A stretch of DNA of 64,000 nucleotides from the NCBI GenBank assembly GCA_030265395.1, contig JARFYF010000060.1:11365324-11429323 (forward strand), read 5' to 3'. The notes under the pieces were generated by a model, which was not told the origin of the DNA, made no database searches, and worked only from the letters and a program-made list of their open reading frames with translations. The DNA is from Rhina ancylostomus (lineage: Eukaryota). This document shows, one piece after another, positions 50,831-63,324 of the stretch (its first letter is position 1; each line of letters opens with the position of its first letter). The translations under genes were made by a program, and so were the position numbers.

Positions 50831-52599
50831 TTGGCAGAATTTTTCTTTGCCCTAGCAACTCGTTTCTGGCACAAAACTTCCCAAGTGACATTAACAGAAG
50901 AGTAGTATAAGAAATGCATTTCCAGTGAGATTTTCACCTTGCCGGTCTGTAAAATAAACAGCTTTCATTGGCCCCTTTTCTTCTGAAGATGTGCTTTTTA
51001 AAGGGCTAATACTTAAATTGCTTTCTTCGTCTTTATTGGCATTGTGACCTCAGATTCTGCCTCACAAAAGCTTGTTTACTTTGCTCAGAAGACAAGGTCA
51101 CAGTCACTCTCAGCTCCTCCACCTTAGGACCATTCCAGGTTGTTGCTACTGATCCCTGCATTTCTCATTGCTTGCTACTCACCAGTGCATTAACACGATC
51201 CCTACACCCAATGTCCCCCCCCCCCCCCATGCACCATACTTNNNNNNNNNNNNNNNNNNNNNNNNNNNNNNNNNNNNNNNNNNNNNNNNNNNNNNNNNNN
51301 NNNNNNNNNNNNNNNNNNNNNNNNNNNNNNNNNNNNNNNNNGCTCCCGACCCCCCCTGGCCCCCCCCCCCCCCCCCATGCACCATACTTTGGGAGAAGAT
51401 ACATCATCGACTTTTTCTTCACCACACAGGAGCAACATTCATAGATTGGATTCACATCCTGACAGAGACTTCCCTGGCAACAAGGTTCTTCTTTTAATTC
51501 CAGATTTATTTAAATTCTCCAGCTGCAACAATGTCTTTCAAACTGATGTCTCTGAATAAGTGGTCCACATAAATGGTCCACATTTCTGAGTCCTTGTGCA
51601 ATAAGCTAACCACTGCACACAAGTACCCTGATCTCACAAGCTGCCAAGGTGGTTCTGAGAGGCAGGGCCTCAGTTTGTGCTGCTTGAGGCCTACTTGTTG
51701 TCCACTGTGACTGCAAAGTCTTAAGTAAGTTGCCAACTGCATACCCACAGAAGGTAAGTGTGACTATGGCACTGCCCCTTGCAGTGAAGACAAGCCACAC
51801 GTGGACTCGAGCACATTCAACCCAAGGAAGGGGCCACTTAGATCATCTTGTCTCCCAAGCCTATCCTGCCATTTGGTGAGATTTCAGGTGATCTCTGTCC
51901 TGACAGGAACACATTCCTGTTGTTGAACCTGTCGAGTTTTCCTTCTGTATTGAGAGATAGAATGAATATTCTCTGCTGCTTAGTGTTTCACCATTTAGAA
52001 ATATTTTGGTGTTATCTCTGGCAGGTTCAAAATTGAAAACCTTTCATAATGCTGTGATGAAATTCATTTACCACAGTTTAATATAAACGCTGCACAGCTT
52101 ACTCAGGTACCGAATGTGAAAAGCTAGATGTGTGACTTTGTATCCCATTCTGAGCCATAGTACTTACACTCTGTATTTGGGTCCAAGATTCGGATGGCTC
52201 AGTCACCTCCACTTAGACAGAATACCTAATCTTCATCCCTCCTCTACTCTTTGGCTAGTCTTCTAATCATGGAAATAATTTGCCTTCAGTTCCATGAACT
52301 TCAACTTTAGTTAGCTGTTTCTTATCAGACGCTTTATTAATGCCTTCTGGAGCCCATGTAACTAACATGCATTCTCATTTCTCTGCCTATTTCCTCAGTT
52401 AGCTCTTCAAAAGATCCAAACAAATTCATTAACCATGACTTGTTCATTACATAGCTATGTTGGCATTCACTGGTCTGCCATAAATCTTGAGAGGTCCCTT
52501 TTAGTTGTTAATTCTGGTGATTGGTGGTTTATAATTCTCTGGTGTACCATTCTTAATTAACCTAGTGACAGATACAAGCTTTCCAATCTAAAAGAATGC

Positions 52600-52895
52600 A
52601 TCAAAGTCATCGACATTTTGAATGTCCTAATTTCAGGTAACCTGTTGTTCTTCTCCCACCATAGTCATCTGTTTACTCTCCCTTTCTTCATCTTTCCCCT
52701 CCCCTCTTCCTCCTCCAATGGGTTGCACCTATCACATACCAGCCTCTATCCCTCATACTGCTATATACTGCCAACCTTTCCATTCCTCTCTCATTCCTGA
52801 AGCAGGATTTCTACCTGAAATGTTGACCTACACCTTTTACCTCTGCAGATACTGCTTGACCCACTGTGCTCTTCCAGCATTCTGTTTTTTGTTTA
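52600..52895 (+). mobile_element. Penelope-like 3' end, degraded
   Basis: ctaatttcaggtaacc...cctgaagcaggatttctacctgaaatgttgac...cttccagcattctgt. Confidence 0.6.
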
Positions 52896-54580
52896 GTGGA
52901 ACTGTAGGATAATTATAGTTCCCTGTGTAATGCTTTCATTTATCCCTAAATGAAACTATTTGGCCCTGGGGATTTGGCTGCTGTAAATATCATTATTTGT
53001 CATTGCTATTAATTAGTTTATATTCTAGTAAGTTCTCAATGAAAATGTGTTTCCATGGGATGACAAGCATGGAATCCTTTTCCTCAGCTTTAAGGTAACA
53101 GGGTCAGTGTGTGCTTTGTTGTGGCCAGTACCTCTGACCTTCCACTCTACCACTGGACTCACCATTGAGGACATTTTGGGATGCAGAACATGCTTGAGCT
53201 GAGGAGCTGGACTTGGCTTAGGGTACAATCAACAGCCCCTTTCATTGAGTGTGTCACAATGTTGATCAAGAGCAAACTCACAGAGAACTCAAATGCGGCA
53301 CACCGATACAAGACTGGAGTCAGGATACTTCCTCAGGACAAACACNNNNNNNNNNNNNNNNNNNNNNNNNNNNNNNNNNNNNNNNNNNNNNNNNNNNNNN
53401 NNNNNNNNNNNNNNNNNNNNNNNNNNNNNNNNNNNNNNNNNNNNNTCAGGATACTTCCTCAGGACAAACACAGGCAGTAACTGAAAGGAATCTTGCCTCA
53501 GAGATCAGAAGAGGAATCCCAAAACAAACTGGATCTTCACAAAGGAATAGAGACAGAATGGGGTCACTGACCTTCATTAAAAAGATAAATTTGGGTGACA
53601 CAGTGGTACAACACATCATGTGTTTGTCCTACAGATCCACTGACCTCCAGTGCTCTATATGTGGAGTTTGCAATAGTGAATAAATTGGCTGATCCAAAAT
53701 CATCAAAAGAATTTAGTGCATAAAAAAGAGAGGTATTTCTTCTTTCAAAAAATGTTGTTGCCTTTCTATTTTAACCTGTTTTCATATAGAGTTGCAGCTC
53801 AGTTTTAGTAATAAATACTTGAGTTGGTTGTCAACCAGATACAAACAGTAACTTCTTCCCCCAGGAGAGTAATGTTTAATTAAGGAAACATGAAAGCAAA
53901 AGGGAAGACATTATGAAGTCAGATACTGTCAGACAGACCCTTCCATTTTTAGTATATAATCCACTTCTTTCAATCATTAATTTTCCTTTTGGATTCAATA
54001 ATAAGGAAACACTTATTGTAGCCTAACTAGCATGCTTAAACTGGAATAGTTGAAATGAAGCAATACTTGTTCTCTGTAAACACGATGCAAAAATATGTCT
54101 GGGTCTTTTTGTTTTAAAAAGTGCTTAAAGGTTTCTTTGAACTCTATGTGTTATATGCACAAAGTAATTAGCCTATTCGGTTGTGTCTGACAGTGCCTTT
54201 GTGAATGTATATCCTTATTTATATGAACTTTTCCAGCCCTTCATAAAGGCCATAATCCCCACTTCAACAGTGGTCTGTCTGAATCCAGTCTCTAGTAAAT
54301 CTCCTTAATTTTGACAGCCAAAAATCTCTGTTTGCAAACTCCATCCTCAATCCCTTTCACTCTCTCCCTCTTCCCGTATCCTGCACAGTCACCCCTTAGA
54401 CTCTTTCCCTCCTTCTTCATCACCTGAGGTGCGCCTCTTGATCGAGGGTGATTTGATTCCATTTTGATTTTGTGGATTCTGAGGTAACTGTGAGGTCATC
54501 ATGGGAACAGCAGACTTTTCCATAGATAGTACTCCTGATGTCATTTGACCTAATACTTCCTTCCTTGACGTCTATTATTT

Positions 54581-54712
54581 CATAGAACAAAGAACACTAC
54601 AGCACAGCACAGGGCCTTCAGCCCACAGTGTGCTGACATTTTATCCTGCTCTAATATCAATCGAACCCTTCCCTCCCACATAGCTCTCCATTTTTCTATC
54701 ATTCATGTGTTC
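54581..54712 (-). mobile_element. CR1 3' tail
   Basis: catagaacaaagaacactacagcacagcacagggccttcagcccac is the reverse of the CR1 tail seen at ~8100-8169. Confidence 0.75.
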
Positions 54713-54813
54713 TATTAATTTCCGAATTCATTAATTTCCCAATGCATCTTTCTCTTACTTTAAAAATGGTATGTAAATACTGGGTACTATTGTAACATAT
54801 TTATATTTTTCAG

Positions 54814-54952
54814 GGAAATTATGGATTTGAAGAAAATTCCACAGTCTTTATGCTCGGATATCATAGAGCTGATAAACCAGGCCAATATGTCAGTACTGCC
54901 CCAAAATTCAGAAAGACTTAGAGATCTTTTCAAGTATGCCAAGGAGTGCCTG
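54814..54952 (+). CDS. Otoancorin-like coding exon 14 (EIMDLKKIPQSLCSDII...YAKECL)
   Basis: tatttttcAG acceptor, CTG|gtaagt donor, phase 2 to 0. P..C...........L...S......L.....CL pattern as in OTOA. Confidence 0.9.
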
Positions 54953-55084
54953 GTAAGTGTTAAAGAAGTCAGGAGATTCAAACATTAATATGCTGCAAAT
55001 ATTTTGTGGTTAATAACATTAAAACAATAGGAAGTTATATGGAGCTCATCCAGACAGCAACCTTGGGATTTCGAGTGCATCACA

Positions 55085-55165
55085 CAACTCAGTGGGTCAG
55101 GCAGCATCTATGGAGGGAAATGGACAGTTGATAGTTTGGGTCAACACCCGTCATCTGGACTGAGA
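55085..55165 (-). mobile_element. Penelope-type terminal repeat fragment with decayed hammerhead motif
   Basis: Reverse reads cagtccagatgacgggtgttgacccaaactatcaactgtc. Confidence 0.6.
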
Positions 55166-55869
55166 TTTCAGTGTTGTCTATATATTTAAAACATATCCAT
55201 CGCCTTCAGTTTTTATTTTAGTTATTGTTTAGGGAACAGTGGTTGAGGAAGAGTGTTCACTTGCTCCTCTTTTATGTAGTCTTAGCTTTCCAAATAGAAC
55301 ATTCAAGTCAGTTCACAAACTTTAACCTCTGTCTACAATCTTCAAACTGCTTTTTTAGATTTTACAAGTACCAGTCAATCTCAAGTACATTTTGTAGTTT
55401 ATTCAATGTGTTGCATTGTAAGAAGGCATGCATCTTATACTTTGCCTAGCCCAGCATCAAATGCCTTCCACACTCAGTTCAATCCCAAATTAAATGACTT
55501 AAATTCCACCCTCCAATTCATGCAACAATTCACAGTCTAAACTTCTTTTCTAAACTCTGCAATCCCACATACCAAATTTGTTAACATAGCTAACAGCTGA
55601 GGTATCTATGGGTTTAAGGACAAAATTCTGACCAAAAGATTGAAATTTAAGTTTAGAGTGGGGATTAATGGAATTCAACAGTGTCACTTGGTCATGAATA
55701 AAAAAGTTGCAGATAATAATGTGAAGTGCAAAAGGAACCATATCCCAGTCTGTGGAAAAAAATAATTTCAGCTGTTCCATCTCGGTTTGAGACTAGCTCC
55801 ATAAAATACATCTTTGCCTGTTAATGTGTCATCCAGCTCTAATCTCTCCACTCCACCGGATCTCAGGAT

Positions 55870-56405
55870 TAAAAATGTCAGATGATATGACAGTCCTCGG
55901 CCTCCTCCACTTCCAGGAGAATTCCAAGCACAAACTGGAGGGACAGCATCTCATTTTCTGTCTTGGAACCGCATCTAACAGCATGAACATTGAATTCTCC
56001 CACTTTAGGTCATCCCCACCCTGCCTCCCCACAACACTTCCCCCACCATGCTGCTTCTGTTCTTCCCTTTCCTAGTCTCTTTTTTTTCTCNNNNNNNNNN
56101 NNNNNNNNNNNNNNNNNNNNNNNNNNCTCCTTACCTTTGACCCATCCCCCAGCGGATCTGCTCTCCCCTCCTGTCTATCACTATCTCTTCCTTGTATCTA
56201 CCTATCACCACCTTGTGCCCACCCCGCCTCCCCTCTTTTGTCCACCTCTCACTGCTCTGCTTTCCCCTACTCTCTTGTATATTGGACTTCCCCTTTTCCT
56301 ATTTTCAGTCCTGAAGAAGGGTCCTGACCCGAAATGTTGATCACCTGCTTTTCTCCACGGATGCTGCTTGGCCTGCTGAGTTCCTCCAGCATCATAGTGT
56401 TTTTC
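55870..56405 (+). mobile_element. Penelope-like element 3' end (GIY-YIG C-terminus plus hammerhead motif)
   Basis: DMTVLGLLHFQENSKHKLEGQHLIFCLG...MNIEFSHFR, then CTGAAGA-stem-GAAA at 56311-56334. Confidence 0.85.
56306..56343 (+). ncRNA. Minimal type I hammerhead ribozyme-like motif (Penelope-associated)
   Basis: cagtc CTGAAGA a GGGT cctg ACCC GAAA tgtt gat: intact CUGANGA and GAAA cores, stem II, and an NUH triplet (GUU). The helix III palindrome ACGT appears CpG-decayed to ATGT. Confidence 0.55.
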
Positions 56406-58361
56406 ATTTAGAAATGTCACTACTCTTAGACAGAGTAACAAATGGAGTGCAAAATTGAAACCATGCTCTGAAGGTACTCTTTAGCCTATTTTTCATCTTA
56501 AGAGAGTGCCAATGGTCTGGGAAATAACAGTAGGTTTGAAGAGGTAGTACTTCAATTTGAAGAGGTAGTGCTAGTTGAGGCAAGAAGTGGATTAACATAC
56601 TGGACTACCAGCAACTGCTTTGAATTGGTTGATTGACCTCTGCATGAAAATGTTGCTGCACAGAATAAAGATAAGGCTCTGATGATGCTATTTGAAAAGT
56701 CAATATGTGACACCTCAGTCAGAACTGCCTTTTAGATATCATCAGTCCAATAGTAGGATGTTGGTTCTTTTCTGTAGGTGTCAATGATTTGCTACATCTT
56801 CTCAGGATGGCTGTTGAGATCTGAAATGGTTAATAAGTTGCAGTCATTCCACTTCTGCTTGAAAATCACAAATCAGAAAGCATTTAACAGGTTTTATTAG
56901 CTGATGTCTTTTAATGCTGTTGCTAGATTTTGATTTTGTAATGTCACTGCATATTGGAACTAGAATTTAGTGTAATGTTTAAAATGTAGCCCAAAACTTC
57001 AATTCTGAAATGCCAATGACAGATGGATCATTTAGTAAATAACATGCGCCAATGGAACGAGTTAAACAGTGTCCATCTGGAGATGTTTCAGTTTCCAATT
57101 TGGGATTTGCTGACTTCTGAATTATACCAATTATAGTAAATATTCTATTATAAAGGCTGTCAGTTTTTGCATTTCATTATCGTCTATTTTGATATGACCT
57201 GACTTGGAACAATAACGTGGTTGTCAAACAATATTCAGTAAGGGTAAGATCAGTGGACCATGGGTTGGGTATTCTGACCAGGGTCATATAATTCTGGAAA
57301 GGAGAGGAAATCCAGAAGGTGAGAAATGTTTCTGAGACTCTCTCATTGTATTTCCATTGTTTGAGATGCATTGAATATCAATCAGCTGTTTCTAACAGAC
57401 TCTGTCTCTTCCTTCATGGCTTTCAATCCTTGGCCCATAGAGGCAAAGCTCATCATCCAGGGCAAAAGATTAAAAATGTGACAGTTGTGAGTTTACATAA
57501 GGTCACTAGATTTCTCCTTTTCATGGTTCTCTGTAGATTTTGAACAACTCTTAACACCTTGGCTTGGTTTGGTCATTCCTTGGCATGAAGTCATGTGGAT
57601 TAATGTCAATCTGCTCCTACCTCCTGGCCATATTTGATTTTGCTCAGAGCAACATACTTGAGCTGTTAGATGCTAAGTGTCCAAAATACAAATAGAATAC
57701 AAAATACAAAAAGAAGGTGAAGAAAACAGAATGCACAAAATCATTTCATCACATTTTTTTGTTGGCATCTCAACAAGTGATTTAAATTTTAAGAAAAGTT
57801 AAAGACATTAATGAAGAACAAATTCAGAGAGAGAAAAGTGCAGAGAATTAATATTTCACTCTAGGTGCATGGAAAAAAAATGAAAGTGAGTGGAAATTTC
57901 TGGCTGCAGAGACCTTGCCTTGACTTTGTCCTCTTACTGGATCACTAATTAATACACTATTGACAAGACATGCATTTACTTTCTGGGCCTGGTGTAAAGA
58001 TGAACTCAAAGTTCAGCAGAATTGCTGATTACAAGGCATCTAGACTCTGAAAAGTAAATTACGTGTGATTATTTCTTGTGCCTTAAATGCTTTTCTTGTG
58101 TGATTTTAAAATTTTAATATTAAGTTCTACCTGGATACTAAGTAGCAAATAAGATGTTCAATAATAGAATGATACTGAGGTACGTGATAAAAAAAATGGT
58201 GCATATTTAATGCCAAGCCACCAGACACTCAGGAGACACAAGAAATTATGCAGATGTTGGACACTCAGGGTTGTGTTTGGAGCTTCTTTGGTGCCCGAGC
58301 ACACAGAATTATTGGCTGAGTCAACGTTCTGAAAAATAGAACTGATATCCAACTGGAAGAC

Positions 58362-59043
58362 TGTTGTGTGAAACAGTTCTTTTTGTCCTTAAGGATAGAG
58401 AACTCTGGACATGAGCTTTGGAGATCAAAACTAGTTTAATTACAAAAGCAAACACGGAGAGAGAATGGATGGGAACAGATACACACTCACATGCAGGAGA
58501 ACACGAACATGAGGGGGAAAATCTCAATGAGGATGAGATACACACACACGCTAACACACACAAACACACAATAAACAAGGTACAGCTTTTCGAGGGATGA
58601 ACACTTCAATCCCTGAATACCCTGGCCCAACAAGCACTGGCTTTAACACTCCCCGGAATCACACTAAGACGATCCCAAACCACAAGGTAGTGCACACTCT
58701 TATCAGTAGTCTCTGAAGCATTGTTTCATTACTCCTGGAGCAGTTGAAAGAGGAGGGGCTAGGGGAATTGCAGCCCTTTTTATGGTGCTGGGAGGTTGGG
58801 TGGAGCCTCACTGAGTGATTTAAACAGGCCAATGGTCAGGCAAGTTCAGAGTGGTCAGGCAAGTTCAGAGTGGTCAGGCAAGTTCAGAGACAAATGGGTA
58901 CTCTCATACCCGAGGGAGGTGGGTGGAGCAACACCTTGATTGACAGTAGTATGACTTCTGATCCAAGGACCATTGCTGTCCTCCAACCAGCAGAGGTCAG
59001 TGTCATTATCGTCACATGACAGCCACGTGGATTTCTCACAACA
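58362..59043 (-). mobile_element. Solo LTR with imperfect 5-bp TSD
   Basis: Termini TGTTGTG...CACAACA (7-bp inverted). Flanks AAGAC (58357-58361) / AGGAC (59044-59048). Internal tandem repeats. Confidence 0.6.
58833..58889. repeat. 3 perfect tandem copies of 19-mer TGGTCAGGCAAGTTCAGAG
   Basis: Directly visible, inside the putative LTR. Confidence 0.95.
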
Positions 59044-61314
59044 AGGACACCCAGAGTTTTCAGATAAGAACAGGATAAAATACTTGGTTGCAATATCCTG
59101 AACTGTCAAACAGCCTGATAATACACATGAAATAATTTACTGAGATGGTGGATCATTCCATTTCATGCAAGTTAAAATAACCAGATCAATCCCGCTACAG
59201 ACTGATGGAATGAATCCCATCGGTTGGATTTGATGGCTCCCATCAGGACCACTGGCATTCAAAAGTTTAAGCTTCCATAAGTTGAAATGGAATGTAAGAC
59301 TTACTGAGTGTAATGAGGTGCTACAGTCCCTGAAACAACACACGGTCCAACGGTGTCGTATCTGATTCCCCACAGATTTCAATTCATGGCCTGTAGATTA
59401 GGAGACAAAGGGGAAGCCAAGTTTTTTTAATTATTTTTTCTTCAGTTTAATATTTTTAATTATTGCTAAGTGCCCTTTTGTGTCTGATTAACATTTTTTA
59501 ATTTCAAGGACTTTTGATTACTTACTACAATTTTAATTGTTCCTCAATGTTTATGTTTGTCAGAGACATTTAAAAGCTATTAAAATGCCATGTAGTTTGA
59601 AAGGGGAAAAGCTGTTCCTTTTACCTATGCTGATGGATTTTGGGGCATTTTGCAGGAGTGTGGGGTGTTGCCTCCCACAGCCTCATCACTGTCCATATCT
59701 TGCTGCCTAACTTGAGGCTAAGGGCAGCCAGTGAAATCAGTCCTCTGCATCCAGTTTGGGCAGTGTGGGGGGGGGGGGGGAGGGGGACTGCAGGTTAGGC
59801 CTAGCAATTAACCTGTAAGCAAATCATATACAGCACAACAAAGATCTCAGAACTATACACCAGGGTTTACTTAGCAATATTNNNNNNNNNNNNNNNNNNN
59901 NNNNNNNNNNNNNNNNNNNNNNNNNNNNNNNNNNNNNNNNNNNNNNNNNNNNNNNNNNNNNNNNNNNNNNNNNNNNNNNNNAATATTTCAGCATCAACAT
60001 CACAATTTGTTTCAGTAATTTGTACTATGTCTTGAAATTGAACAATTTGCTCTTGTGAAACAACTGTGCCACCTTTTGTTCCTGAGTGAATAGAGTGCTG
60101 AAATTAAATCTTCTGTCATGAAAATATTTGTGAAATCTATGGATCAATCTGGATAGCAGCATTGATATACAGAAAGAGCCATATGTAGGCTAAAAATTCT
60201 GGCACTTTCACAACAGGCAGAGATGCGCCAAATGGCCAGCTTCTGCACTGTATTATTCCATGATATAATGGTAATTGAAGAGAAAATAACACAGCTTTCT
60301 ATCATGCTAACAGCATTATATCTGAAGATTATGCCATGGAATACCATTCAGGATACTAACACATATTGTAGTAGAAATTTGACTTGGGTGGGAGCACAAA
60401 TTTCCAATGGAATCAAAGAGGAGGCAGAACATAAATTGGGTTTCTGAATTGTTGTCACCCACTGTGTGCTACTATCCAGCTTTTGAATTTATTATCTATT
60501 GCTTTGGCATTTATTCACCATTGATCCAAAGGACAACACAAATGCTTTAATGAGTAGAAAATCACAGCAGAGATAAATATTAAAATATCAGCTATTCATT
60601 TCCCAAATCAGATGATAGACAAATTAGTTTCCCACGAAACTCTGGAAACAAAAAACTGGTAGCTTTAACAAGGTACTGACTTTCACACTGCTGAGAATAA
60701 TTTATTCCCTTCATAAAACTTAACTAATTGCACTAATTCAGGATGGGGTGTTTGGAAATCTTCAATGTGCAATCAGTCGCTACTAATATTTTATTTAACA
60801 GTTTAGGATTAAGCTAACACAAATGTTCTAATTTGTGACAGCAACCCTTCACATTAGAATAAATATAAATTAAAATGCAATTTTTAGATGGAATTTGAAC
60901 CAATAACTCATTCACTTCACTTATGAGGTTGGCTTACGTGATTCATTTTTGACTTTGCAATGAATATTGCATCACCTTTGTTCTCACACCTTAATTAACT
61001 CTGTGGGCATTGTTAATGGTTCCATCGTTCTGAATCTGATTTANNNNNNNNNNNNNNNNNNNNNNNNNNNNNNNNNNNNNNNNNNNNNNNNNNNNNNNNN
61101 NNNNNNNNNNNNNNNNNNATCATGCAGATTTTTGAAAAACAAAACAGATAACTGATGATGTCCATGGTGCTCAAGACCCCTGCTAATTTACAAGGAAAAT
61201 AATTAACTAAATATCACAAACACAGCTGCATGGATTCTTGGACTTGTTGAATTTATTCTAAAACTGAAATGGAAAGAGGTATTTACTGAAGTAATATGAT
61301 GCTGTGACGAGTGA

Positions 61315-61672
61315 ACAGTGGTGCAGACGGTAGAGCTGCTGCCTCTCAGCTCCAGCAATACAGGTTCAATCTTGACCTCCAGTACTCCATGTGTGGAGTT
61401 CGTCTGTTCCCCCTGTGACCATGTGGGTTTCTGCTGAGTACACTAGTTTCCTCCCACGTCCCAAAGACAAGTGGGCTGGGAAGTTAATTGGCCGGTGTAA
61501 GTTACTTCCCATCAGTAGGTGTGTGGTAGAAGCTGGAGAGAGTTAATGGAAATACCAGGGGAATAACATTGGATTGGTGTAGGATTAATGTAAATGGATG
61601 TTTGGTGCTTGGAGTGGGGTTCAGGCAGCTGGGAGGAGGTTATGAATCCATTTTTCACACTGTATGTCTCAA
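61315..61672 (+). mobile_element. V-SINE/HE1-like SINE
   Basis: A-box tggtgcagacgg, B-box ggttcaatctt, and core gtgtggagttcg...tttcctcccacgtcccaaagac. Confidence 0.82.
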
Positions 61673-61687
61673 TAAATTGTTTGTTTG

Positions 61688-62165
61688 AACGTTGAACAGT
61701 GCAGCACTGGACTGACCCTTCAGCCCATCATGACTGTGCCGACTATAATGCCAAACTAAATTAATCCCATCTGCTTGCGCATGATCCATATCTCTCCATT
61801 CCCTGCATGTGCTTATCTAAAAGCCTTTCGAATGCCACTATCGTATCTGCTTCCATGACCACCCCGGCAGCATGTTCCAGGAACCTCCCACCTTCTGTGC
61901 AAAAACCTTGTCCTGCACATCCTCTTTAAATTTTCCCCCTCTCACCTTCAATTTATGTTCTGTAATGTTCAACATTACTACCCTGGGAGAAGGACNNNNN
62001 NNNNNNNNNNNNNNNNNNNNNNNNNNNNNNNNNNNNNNNNNNNNNNNNNNNNNNNNNNNNNNNNNNNNNNNNNNNNNNNNNNNNNNNNNNNNNNNACATT
62101 ACTACCCTGGGAGAAGGACTCTGGCTATCTATGTCTTTCATAATCTTATAAACTTCTATCAGGCA
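61688..62165 (-). mobile_element. CR1 LINE 3' fragment
   Basis: Minus strand LIEVYKIMKDID and a reverse CR1 tail. Confidence 0.85.
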
Positions 62166-63324
62166 TTTACTTTGACAAATGCCACATTGATCTGATTTTT
62201 TTGTTAGCCAGATCACTAAATGTATTATAATCTTCTTACTGCTCTTAGTTCATAATATGACTTTATTTCTCATAATAAACAATGACCATTCAATGGGGGA
62301 AAGCACAAGGGACCATTTTCAGAACAGATTTGATATGGAAAGGCCATTTGTAGCTCATTTCTGGCACAGATTGCCCCTGTGATGTATTGCACTCAATTCT
62401 ATTTTTACCAAGGTTCCATGTGGGAATTAAGTAACCTTTGTGTTATTCCCAGTTGGGAACTGGATAATGTACTAAATCCCCCTCAGTTCAGTTCCTCACA
62501 AATCGTGGAAACAATCACAGCATGACAAATCCCTCAGGATAGTCAAAACCTGTTCAAAAGGATGAAAAATATTGATTTCAAAGTTGGAAATGAAAATTGA
62601 TTTTGTGATTTGGCTTTATCTGCTGCAGAGTCAGAAACTCGGGCTGAAAATGAATGGCTTGGCAGTTTTAATTGGACTTGCTATGTCAATGGTTCTCAAA
62701 NNNNNNNNNNCCAGCTTCTGGTGTGCTATCACACATCATTCAGTTCCTGATCTATGCCACCTGTCTCTCCTGAACCTGATCCATATCCTTCAGGTGCCAG
62801 TATCATGGCCTCATTTGCTTCAATTCAAACTCTCACTGTTCAATCGCATGACTGCTGAAAGAAAGAAATAAAAGTGCCACAATTGTGAACCCAAAGTTTA
62901 TAAAGGAGTTGGAAGGAATCTTCCCACAGTGCTTCAAAGGNNNNNNNNNNNNNNNNNNNNNNNNNNNNNNNNNNNNNNNNNNNNNNNNNNNNNNNNNNNN
63001 NNNNNNNNNNNNNNNNNNNNNNNNNNNNNNNNNNNNNNNNNNNNNNNNNNNNNNNNNNNNNNNNNNNNNNNNNNNNNNNNNNNNNNNNNNNNNNNNNNNN
63101 NNNNNNNNNNNNNNNNNNNNNNNNNNNNNNNNNNNNNNNNNNNNNNNNNNNNNNNNNNNNNNNNNNNNNNNNNNNNNNNNNNNNNNNNNNNNNNNNNNNN
63201 NNNNNNNNNNNNNNNNNNNNNNNNNNAGAATTAGTGTAATTAGGTGTTGATGGTCAGTACAAACTTGTTGAGCTGAAGGGCCTGTTTTCATCTTGTATGA
63301 CTCTATGACTGGTCAATGAAATGA

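Larger units (their letters stand above)
16400..54952 (+). other. Multi-exon otoancorin-like gene (otoancorin/stereocilin/mesothelin superfamily); 5' part, apparently continues beyond the window
   Basis: 14 exons with AG acceptors and GT (one GC) donors join phase-consistently into a 600-codon stop-free frame with an N-terminal signal peptide. Motifs are collinear with human OTOA as recalled: YDNLIPGTRKQIYKW ~ YDKTSAHSQRALYSW; SWITLDVLNILGRFIV ~ SWVSAEHLWVLGRYMV; LGQLACFY ~ LGLLVCFY; GWSKGQIKVLVKKY ~ GWAKSQVIILSAKY; VKGIPCDLI ~ VKGVTCSHI; SSYQIRCSA ~ SPYQVNCLA. Confidence 0.88.

Noticed and set aside
51215-51390. Direct repeat ccccccatgcaccatactt on both sides of a gap
   Set aside because: It flanks a 100-N placeholder gap and is most likely an unmerged contig overlap.
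53320-53471. Direct repeat tcaggatacttcctcaggacaaacac around a gap (superficially CRISPR-like)
   Set aside because: Only two copies around a 100-N gap in vertebrate DNA; assembly overlap artefact, no cas genes.
56778-56900. Acceptor-like site ttctgtAG as the next coding exon
   Set aside because: The phase-0 translation (VSMICYIFSG...) lacks the expected LGxLxC-type repeat and has no convincing donor. The next exon is probably beyond the window or in a gap.
58418-58600. His/Glu-rich ORF (THSHAGEHEHEGE)
   Set aside because: Low-complexity CA/GA-rich sequence inside the putative LTR; no splice or homology support.
61972-62119. Duplicated acattactaccctgggagaaggac inside a CR1
   Set aside because: Same 100-N gap overlap pattern; the CR1 reads through as single copy.
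62628-62700. Hydrophobic ORF segment (GLAVLIGLAMSMVL) as a GPI/TM terminal exon
   Set aside because: Several hundred residues of OTOA-like sequence are still expected before the C-terminus; support is weak and it abuts a gap.
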